DNA from: Elusimicrobia bacterium RIFOXYA12_FULL_51_18
GTDB lineage: Bacteria; Elusimicrobiota; Elusimicrobia; Elusimicrobiales; UBA9959
Length of the DNA: 64,000 nucleotides
Assembly: GCA_001800245.1 (NCBI GenBank)
Contig: MGVA01000018.1
Coordinates: 12,134-76,133 of the forward strand
Direction: 5' to 3'
The notes beneath the pieces are model-generated. The model was not told the origin of the DNA. It worked only from the letters and a program-made list of their open reading frames with translations, and searched no databases. Shown here in pieces: positions 23,936 through 31,282 of the stretch. Position numbers and translations under genes: made by a program. Within the stretch, counting starts at the first letter, position 1; the number at the start of each line of letters is the position of its first letter.

Positions 23936-26518
23936 ATGAGCAATAACAACGAGGAAGAAAAGCGCGAAGGAACTCCCCCGATTTTGGGCAAGCCGGGAGC
24001 TTCTTTCAAAAAGATTTCCACTTTCGGGAGGTCGCCCGCTTTCTCCAGGGCGGCCGGGAGCCTTATGGATAGGATTAAAAATCTTTCCAAAAAAGACCTG
24101 GCTTTTGTAGCTGTCGGCCTGGGTGTTCTAGTTACGGCGCCTGTGGCCGAGTATATGATGTCTAAACCCGCGGGCGCAGATCTGCTTACGGGAGGTTTCG
24201 GTTCGCGCGCGGAGGCCGGCGGTTCTCTCTACGAACCTGGCATCAACTCTCTAAGCCAGGGTTCTCCGGACGGCACTGGCGAAGTGGTCACGCCTTTAAG
24301 CTCAAGGGACCCCGCGTCCCTGATCATGGGGTCACAGCCTTCCCAGCCTCCGGAAATGCCTCCCCAGCAGCCGGCGCCAAAGACGGACTTCCGGGATTCC
24401 ATGAAGGAATCCGCCCGCAACGCTTTTTCCGAGGCTTCCAAATCCGCCGGCGTTCCCACTGTTATTCCCAGGATGCAGAGTTCGCTCAGAGGCATGGGTT
24501 CTTTTTTTAGCGGCGGTGAAGGCACCAGGACCACCGGCTCTTTAGGCGGTGATAAAATACTCAGTAGCGCCAAAAACGCATCCGGTAAGGCCAATCCGCG
24601 TTCCATGGTGGGCCCCGTGGGAGGCGCCGGGTATAAAGGAGCGTCTTCCAGCCCTAACAGCGCCAGTAAAGGATCTTTAGATAAACTGCGCGCGCAGGCC
24701 AGTAAAGCGGCGAGCAATTTTGATGGCGACAGTTCCATCCGTTCCCTTGATAAAGCCGCGGCTGATTCCGTGGATATCGGGAAAAGTCTCGGCGGCATGA
24801 GCGGGCGTGACGGCGAAAAATACGCGAACCCCACAGGTTCCAACATCAGCGACAAGAGAAGCTTGGGCGGGGAGACTTTGGAGCAGGCCGCTGCCAAGTT
24901 CAGGCAGCAGAAACAGCAGGAATGGGACGAGTATTTAAAGCACGGTATATTAAAAGAGATCACCACGGCCATGGTTAGCGGTTTCACCGGTTCGCTCGGT
25001 AAGTTTATCGGCGGAGTGGCGGACGATCTTACCGGCCAGACCCCGGGCCCCGCTCCCGCCAGTTACTGTTGGTCGCCCAAGGTGAAGCCTAATTCCACCG
25101 ATACGAACGATTGTCTTAAAGGCGTTTTGAAAACGCCCCTCTTCAAAGATAAGGACGGGAAGATAACTTGGAACCCCAATTTTAGTTGCATATGCGGTAT
25201 AGGCGGGGCTCCTGATATCGGTCCGGATGCGGCAGCGGCAGAAGCCGAAGAAATCGTTAACGGAGCCGAAGCCTCCCACGTTTCCATGGCGCTGCCAGAC
25301 ACGGTTCCGGACGGTTATGTGGAAACAATAAAGAATTATGACCAGGCTCTTACCGATATGGCGTTTAACGCCAGGAATGGAGAGAAGGCGTCGGACCCCA
25401 AAATACTTTTGAAATATGTAAAAGCGTTGGGTGACAGCCTGTACAAGTGCTCAAGCCTTGCACAGGTGGTGTATAAAGATGTCAACGTCAAGACCCCGGC
25501 GCTTGTTAATGCGGAAAAGGTTTCCTACCATACCGCCATACTTACGGCGGAAACGAAATTAGCCGGGGTTAGAAATAAATATGACGCTTTCATAGGTAAA
25601 GTGGCTTCGGAAATAGGCAAGTATGAAAGCGGCGCCAAAACGGCCCAGGTGGGGGACGCCGAAGTTGTTCAGGCGGGTAACGGGGTTACTCCGGTGGCGG
25701 TCCTTAAAGCGGTAAAGGCTGAGGCGGAGGACTATCAGAACGGTTCAATAGTCGTGGCTGAGAATAAACTGAAGTTCCATAAGCAAGCCGAGATATTCTA
25801 TGCCGAGCAGTCGGTTTTAATAACCGATAAAGCCGGTAATATGGTTAACGAGGTATCCAAAACTAACGGCAAAGTGGCGGAACTTGTTAAGTTGGAGGGG
25901 ATAACCCCGGATACGGCGGTGCTTCCGGATAATGCGGCTAAAATTAAGGAAACTTTCGCCAGACTTACGGGGCTGAAAGACTCTATCCCTACGGCGCCGC
26001 CCGCCGCTAATTCAGCGCAAGTTGTTCCGGCGGCGCCTAAAGCTCCGGCAACCGGCGAGTCCGATCCGTACATATCCGCGGCCATCAACTGGCGCGGCGC
26101 TGATCCTGATAAGTTGTTGAATAATAATATGGTGGATGACAGCGGTGTTAAAAAAACGGAAAGCGAGTATTGGGCGCCCCTCAGTCCGTTCAAACGTCTT
26201 GAGTCCAGAAAAATAGACGGAGGGTTAAGCCCCGCCGGCGAGATCGGTTCTGATTACGTCACCCTCTCCATACGCGGCGTGCAGGCTCTGCCGTACGACA
26301 TAAAGAGCGCCAATGGCTTGACCGCGGAGATAATGGAGGGAATGGATCAGTTGGATTCCAAAATCGCGGGGTGGAAAACACAGCTCAATGATATCGGCGT
26401 TTCCTTGGATCCGGCGGGCGTAAAACCCTCCGATGCCGCGCAGGTCTCCGGCGGCGGGCAGATCGCCGCCGGACAGGTTGCCGGCGGGCAGATCGCCGCC
26501 GGACCAAAGCCGGAATAG
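23936..26518 (+). CDS. Cluster protein 6: N-terminal TM anchor, S/G/P-rich disordered region, small Cys module, large helical C-terminal domain
   Basis: RBS GGAGG lies 5 nt before the ATG at 23936; the ORF is open from a GTG at 23897. The TM helix is LAFVAVGLGVLVTAPVAEYMM. The product is about 860 aa. I recognise no family. Confidence 0.75.
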   Translation: MSNNNEEEKREGTPPILGKPGASFKKISTFGRSPAFSRAAGSLMDRIKNLSKKDLAFVAVGLGVLVTAPVAEYMMSKPAGADLLTGGFGSRAEAGGSLYEPGINSLSQGSPDGTGEVVTPLSSRDPASLIMGSQPSQPPEMPPQQPAPKTDFRDSMKESARNAFSEASKSAGVPTVIPRMQSSLRGMGSFFSGGEGTRTTGSLGGDKILSSAKNASGKANPRSMVGPVGGAGYKGASSSPNSASKGSLDKLRAQASKAASNFDGDSSIRSLDKAAADSVDIGKSLGGMSGRDGEKYANPTGSNISDKRSLGGETLEQAAAKFRQQKQQEWDEYLKHGILKEITTAMVSGFTGSLGKFIGGVADDLTGQTPGPAPASYCWSPKVKPNSTDTNDCLKGVLKTPLFKDKDGKITWNPNFSCICGIGGAPDIGPDAAAAEAEEIVNGAEASHVSMALPDTVPDGYVETIKNYDQALTDMAFNARNGEKASDPKILLKYVKALGDSLYKCSSLAQVVYKDVNVKTPALVNAEKVSYHTAILTAETKLAGVRNKYDAFIGKVASEIGKYESGAKTAQVGDAEVVQAGNGVTPVAVLKAVKAEAEDYQNGSIVVAENKLKFHKQAEIFYAEQSVLITDKAGNMVNEVSKTNGKVAELVKLEGITPDTAVLPDNAAKIKETFARLTGLKDSIPTAPPAANSAQVVPAAPKAPATGESDPYISAAINWRGADPDKLLNNNMVDDSGVKKTESEYWAPLSPFKRLESRKIDGGLSPAGEIGSDYVTLSIRGVQALPYDIKSANGLTAEIMEGMDQLDSKIAGWKTQLNDIGVSLDPAGVKPSDAAQVSGGGQIAAGQVAGGQIAAGPKPE

Positions 26519-26547
26519 TCAGCGCGAGTCTTTTATTTACGGATCCG

Positions 26548-26582
26548 GCCCCGCGGAGTTAAATCCGCGGGGCTTGTTTTTT
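26548..26582 (+). terminator. Rho-independent terminator closing the cluster
   Basis: The stem is GCCCCGCGGA-gttaaa-TCCGCGGGGC, followed by ttgtttttt. Confidence 0.8.
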
Positions 26583-26691
26583 ATTTATCCCATGCCCACT
26601 AAAATCATATAATATCTTAAACAATGGCTGCGCACCTGCCGGCCATTACGATGTTTTTTATAATAATAGTATCCGGAGGAAATAAGAACAA

Positions 26692-27741
26692 ATGTCCAAA
26701 CCCAACAAATCCGATTATCTTAAAGAAACCGTAAAACATTTTGAGATCACCAGGCATAATGTGACGGCCATGGTGGACGCCATGGACGACATGGCTTTCT
26801 CCGCCAGGGACCTTGCGCGCGCCGCCCGGATATACAATATGATGCTGGCCGATAAAAAATGTTCGGTAATACTTACCATGGCCGGCTCTCTTTTTTCGGC
26901 CGGACTCAAAAAAATAGTGGTGGACATGATACGCAACAACATGGTGGACGCCATAGTTTCCACCGGCGCTATCATAGTGGACCAGGACTTCTTCGAGGGT
27001 CTCGGTTTCAAGCACTATAAGGGAACGCCTTACGGGATAGACGACAATATTCTGCGCGATCTGCACATAGACCGCATCTACGACACTTTTATAGACGAAG
27101 ATGAGCTCCGGGTCTGCGATGATACCACCAAAAAAATAGCCGACTCGCTGGAGCCCAGGCCGTACTCCTCCCGCGAATTCATAGAAGAAATGGGGAGATA
27201 TCTTGCAAAGCACGGCAAAAACAAGGATTCAGTGGTGCTTGCCGCCTACGAGAAGCGCGTGCCCATTTTTGTGCCCGCTTTCTCCGACTGTTCAGCCGGC
27301 TTCGGCATGCTGGAGCACCAGTGGAATAATCCGGATAAACATATGTCCATGGATTCGGCCAAAGATTTCCTGGAACTGACCAAGGTTAAAATAGAGGCCA
27401 GGGACACCGGCATCTTTATGATAGGCGGCGGCGTGCCCAAGAATTTCACCCAGGATACCGTGGTTGCGGCCGACATCCTGGGCAAAGAATGTCCCATGCA
27501 CAAATATGCGGTACAAGTGACCGTGGCGGATGTGCGTGACGGCGCGCTTTCCAGTTCCACGCTTAAGGAAGCCAGCTCCTGGGGCAAGGTCGAGACCACA
27601 CACGAGCAGATGGTTTACTCCGAAGCCACGCTGGCCATGCCGCTCATTGCCGGCTATGGCTATCACAAAGGCGCCTGGAAGAGCCGGAAAGCGAAATGCT
27701 ATTCCGACTTTCTTAATAAGGAACTGGTAAAAGCGTGTTAG
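26692..27741 (+). CDS. Deoxyhypusine synthase-like family protein
   Basis: 349 aa with DHS-family features over the full length (SARDLARAARIYNMM, STGAIIVDQD, GGGVPKNF). Confidence 0.75.
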   Translation: MSKPNKSDYLKETVKHFEITRHNVTAMVDAMDDMAFSARDLARAARIYNMMLADKKCSVILTMAGSLFSAGLKKIVVDMIRNNMVDAIVSTGAIIVDQDFFEGLGFKHYKGTPYGIDDNILRDLHIDRIYDTFIDEDELRVCDDTTKKIADSLEPRPYSSREFIEEMGRYLAKHGKNKDSVVLAAYEKRVPIFVPAFSDCSAGFGMLEHQWNNPDKHMSMDSAKDFLELTKVKIEARDTGIFMIGGGVPKNFTQDTVVAADILGKECPMHKYAVQVTVADVRDGALSSSTLKEASSWGKVETTHEQMVYSEATLAMPLIAGYGYHKGAWKSRKAKCYSDFLNKELVKAC

Positions 27742-27832
27742 AGCGCGTATTCTAAGGCTTGCCGGAGTTCTTAGGGCGCTGGCTGGCGTTTTTGACCGGC
27801 ATGTGTTGATGCAAAATATATAGGGGGAGGAA

Positions 27833-28684
27833 ATGAAAATGAAAAGCATATTATTCTGCGGCTTGTTTATGGCGGCTGTGAATGCCTCGGCTTATTTTGA
27901 CGGCGGGGCCAATATGACCACCGGGCCTGACGCTTATCGCGGGACCAGGCTGAACCTGGTCATAGGCTCAGGGAATGTCGCGGTTGAGCCTTCCATAGCC
28001 GCTTATACTTCCGACCTCCTGGATCATACTTACCGCACCTATGGACTGCGCGGAGCCTGGGAAGCGGACAAGTACACCGTGGCCGGCGAAGTCGGGGCCA
28101 CCCCTGAAGTCAACGACTATTCCAATAAGTTCGCCGGCGGCGATATAACTTTCTCGCTCACTCCGGGGGAGGGCGGCAAGGCCCGCCTGGCGGGGCCGGG
28201 TTCCCGCAACGTAACCCGCGGCGGCACAGGCGTGACCCGCATCGATGTGGGCGCAGGCCTGCGGCAGACCATGCACGAGTATACCGGCGCCGTCCGCATT
28301 AAAACGGATCAGACTCAGTACTCTCTTTTCGCCGGCGCGAAGGTCCTTATGATAAACCTTTCGGCTTCCTACACCGGTTATAACTATGGGACCCGTAAAA
28401 TAGTGCCGCTCATCAACCCTATCCCCGGGCATAATTTCGTTTACGGAGCCGCTCCGAAGTCCAGCGTTAACACTCGCCTGGACCTTCCCGGAATGCCCAT
28501 GCTCACTCCTTTCGTGGCTTATACCGGCACCAAGTACATGGATAGCGTGCAGGACAGCTCCGCCTACCTGTTCGGGACCTATGTAGACCTGAGCATGGTG
28601 GCGGCGAATGTCAGCTACCAGATATTCGACAGAGGCTCGGCGAGCGTCAGTTTCATCTCGGTAGGCGCCGGCATCAGGTTCTGA
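27833..28684 (+). CDS. Outer-membrane beta-barrel protein
   Basis: Signal peptide MKMKSILFCGLFMAAVNASA, alternating beta-strand pattern, C-terminal ...GAGIRF. Confidence 0.65.
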   Translation: MKMKSILFCGLFMAAVNASAYFDGGANMTTGPDAYRGTRLNLVIGSGNVAVEPSIAAYTSDLLDHTYRTYGLRGAWEADKYTVAGEVGATPEVNDYSNKFAGGDITFSLTPGEGGKARLAGPGSRNVTRGGTGVTRIDVGAGLRQTMHEYTGAVRIKTDQTQYSLFAGAKVLMINLSASYTGYNYGTRKIVPLINPIPGHNFVYGAAPKSSVNTRLDLPGMPMLTPFVAYTGTKYMDSVQDSSAYLFGTYVDLSMVAANVSYQIFDRGSASVSFISVGAGIRF

Positions 28685-28763
28685 CGGTTCTGGTCCGCCC
28701 AGCGGCGTTAGGAATTTACGGAGGCTCTTTTAACGGTATAACCGCCTGGCGTCCCTATAATCT

Positions 28764-30569
28764 ATGTCTTACGAAAATCTCGCAATCAAGTACCGCCCCA
28801 GGAACCTTGAAGAGGTTATGGGGCAGGCCGCTATAAAGACCACGCTTGCCAATTCCGTAAAACTGGGACGTTTGGCGCACGCCTATGTCTTTTACGGGCC
28901 ACGCGGATGCGGCAAGACCACTATCGCCAGGATCCTCGCCAAGACCCTTAACTGCCTGGACGCCAGGAACGGCAAGCCCTGCGATAAATGCGCCTCCTGT
29001 TCCGAGATCGCCGAGTCAAAGTCCATGGACGTTTTAGAGATAGACGCCGCCAGCCACACCGATGTGGACAACGTGCGCAACGTTATCATAGATAATGTCG
29101 GCCTGGCCCCTTCCCGCGATAAATACAAGATCTACATATTGGACGAAGTCCACATGCTGTCCAAGCAATCCTTTAACGCTCTTTTAAAGACCATAGAGGA
29201 GCCGCCGGCCCATGTGGTTTTTATCATGGCCACCACCGATCAGACCAAGGTGCCGGTTACCATACTTTCACGTTCCCAATGCTTCCGTTTCCGGCCCATC
29301 CCGGAGGACCTGATAATCGAAAGGCTCCGGGACGTTGTTACGAAGGAGAACCTCAAAGTTTCTGATGAGGCGCTGACGGTGATAGCCGCCTCGGCCGGCG
29401 GCGCCATGCGCGACGCTCTGACCCTGCTGGACCGCGCGGCTTCTTTCGGCAAAGGTTCCGTGGAACTGGGTGTTCTTAACGAACTGCTCGGCCACGCCAG
29501 CCCCGACCTTATAAAGGAAGTGGCGCTGGCTTTGATCAAAAGGGACGCGGCCGCCCTTTACTCCGGATTTGAGAAAATCGCGCGGGAAGGTTACGATCCA
29601 GTTACGATACTCCGCGACCTGCGCAATACGTTGTCCGAGACCTTCCTGCATCTCCAGGGCTTCTCAAAGGTTCCCACCGCCCTGGCCCTATCGGCCATGG
29701 ACTGTCCTCCCATTACGCTGGCCAGACTTTCCAGGAAGCTGAACGTTGTGATAGACGAAGTGAAGTTTTCCGATTCCCCGGCTTTGGCCTCGGAGATAGC
29801 TCTTTTTACTTTAGTGGAAACCCCGCGGGACCTGGACGCACTGGTAAAAAGACTGGAGGCGCTTGAAGGCCGGCTTTCTTCAGGCATCCCCAATACCGGC
29901 GCGGGCGCCGTAACCAAAGCCGCGCCGGGCGGTGGCGCCGGTTCTCAGACTACCGCGCCAGGAGCTTATCAACCGGAGGCCGGCGGCGAGGCGGACGGGC
30001 AAAAAAAAAATGAAAAACTGCCTTCTTCAGCGCTCTGGAAACGGCTTCTAGGCGTCATTTCCGTAAATAAACCAATCCTTTACAATATACTGCTCTCCGT
30101 TCGGGTGGTCTTTGACCAGGAAAATACCTGGAAGCTTTCTTCCGCCAGTAAATTTGAAGCCGATATCATAGAAAAAGCCCGCAAGGAGCTTGAGGGTAAC
30201 CTTGAGCGCCTGGCCGGCCGCGCGATCGGGCTAACAGTGGGGCATAACGAGGACGCGAAGGCCGCCCCCGTGCAGGAAGAGGATACGGAGCAAGTTCTGG
30301 AATCAGCCGAAGTATTGGAAGCCGAAGATACGGAAGCCGATGCCGGAATTGCGCCGGAGGCTGATTTACCGGCGGCGCCCCATCCCCCGGCCAACACCGT
30401 AGAAGGTGGAAAACCGTTGCAACAATCTCCGCTTGCGTCTCAACCGGCCGTGGAGATGAGATGGGAAGACATGGGCGCGCGGACGCCCGAAGAAGAACCG
30501 GAACTAAAACATCTTAACAAAGTTTTTCACGGCCGGATAACCAGGATACAGAAAATAAAAGGTCAATAG
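28764..30569 (+). CDS. dnaX: DNA polymerase III subunit gamma/tau
   Basis: Walker A GPRGCGKTT, zinc module CxxCxxC (CDKCASC), ILDEVHMLS and SRSQCFRF. Confidence 0.92.
   Translation: MSYENLAIKYRPRNLEEVMGQAAIKTTLANSVKLGRLAHAYVFYGPRGCGKTTIARILAKTLNCLDARNGKPCDKCASCSEIAESKSMDVLEIDAASHTDVDNVRNVIIDNVGLAPSRDKYKIYILDEVHMLSKQSFNALLKTIEEPPAHVVFIMATTDQTKVPVTILSRSQCFRFRPIPEDLIIERLRDVVTKENLKVSDEALTVIAASAGGAMRDALTLLDRAASFGKGSVELGVLNELLGHASPDLIKEVALALIKRDAAALYSGFEKIAREGYDPVTILRDLRNTLSETFLHLQGFSKVPTALALSAMDCPPITLARLSRKLNVVIDEVKFSDSPALASEIALFTLVETPRDLDALVKRLEALEGRLSSGIPNTGAGAVTKAAPGGGAGSQTTAPGAYQPEAGGEADGQKKNEKLPSSALWKRLLGVISVNKPILYNILLSVRVVFDQENTWKLSSASKFEADIIEKARKELEGNLERLAGRAIGLTVGHNEDAKAAPVQEEDTEQVLESAEVLEAEDTEADAGIAPEADLPAAPHPPANTVEGGKPLQQSPLASQPAVEMRWEDMGARTPEEEPELKHLNKVFHGRITRIQKIKGQ
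30001..30013 (+). other. A10 homopolymer followed directly by TGA (in the -1 frame) inside dnaX: candidate slippage or recoding site
   Basis: The zero frame reads caa aaa aaa aat gaa (QKKNE). The -1 frame reads aaa aaa tga. Confidence 0.4.
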
Positions 30570-30670
30570 CAGTTGGCAGACAGGGTGTGGAGTTCCTTAA
30601 ATCTCGCCCACCATCTCATAACCATTAACAACCAACAACTAACCGCCAATTACTAACAAGTCATCGCTTT

Positions 30671-31264
30671 ATGAAAGCTTTAGAGAAGATAATAACCCAT
30701 TTTAGACGCTTCCCGGGAGTGGGCCCCAAGCAGGCGGAACGCTTTGCCCTTTATGTAATAAAGACGCCGGGCAGCCAGATAGAAGAACTGGTGGAGGCTT
30801 TGAGGGCGGTTAAAAGTTCTGTGGCTTATTGCCGCGAGTGCTATAATTATGCGGAAGGAGACACTTGCAGCGTCTGCGAGGACCATTCCAGGGATCGTTC
30901 CGTAATCTGTGTCGTTTCGCAGCCGCAAGACGTGGCGGCCATAGAGAAGGCCAAGACCTTCAATGGCGTTTATCATGTTCTGCACGGCGTCATCTCCCCT
31001 ATGGATGGCGTTAATTCCACCGGTCTTAAGCTTAAAGAACTCATTGAGCGGATACACAAAGCGGACGGCGCCGTAGCCGAGCTGATAATCGCCACCAACC
31101 CCGATACCGAAGGGGAAACGACCGCCATTTACCTTACCAGGCTTTTAAAAGATCATGTTACGGGTATTACGCGTATCGCCTACGGCGTGCCGTTAGGTGG
31201 GGATATAGATTATATGGATGAAGTAACTCTCGGTTATGCCCTCAAGGGGAGAACGAAGGTTTAG
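30671..31264 (+). CDS. recR: Recombination protein RecR
   Basis: 197 aa with a HhH region (FPGVGPKQAERF), a Cys4 zinc finger (CRECYN...CSVC) and a Toprim region. Confidence 0.92.
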   Translation: MKALEKIITHFRRFPGVGPKQAERFALYVIKTPGSQIEELVEALRAVKSSVAYCRECYNYAEGDTCSVCEDHSRDRSVICVVSQPQDVAAIEKAKTFNGVYHVLHGVISPMDGVNSTGLKLKELIERIHKADGAVAELIIATNPDTEGETTAIYLTRLLKDHVTGITRIAYGVPLGGDIDYMDEVTLGYALKGRTKV

Positions 31265-31282
31265 GGGATAAGGGTTTTAGGG

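Noticed and set aside
26451-26501. I considered the tandem ~30-bp duplication ggcgggcagatcgccgccgga(caggttgcc)ggcgggcagatcgccgccgga at the 3' end of cluster gene 6.
   Set aside because: It is a real duplication (GGQIAAGQVAGGQIAAG at the protein level). It has only two units in a low-complexity tail and does not merit a separate feature call.
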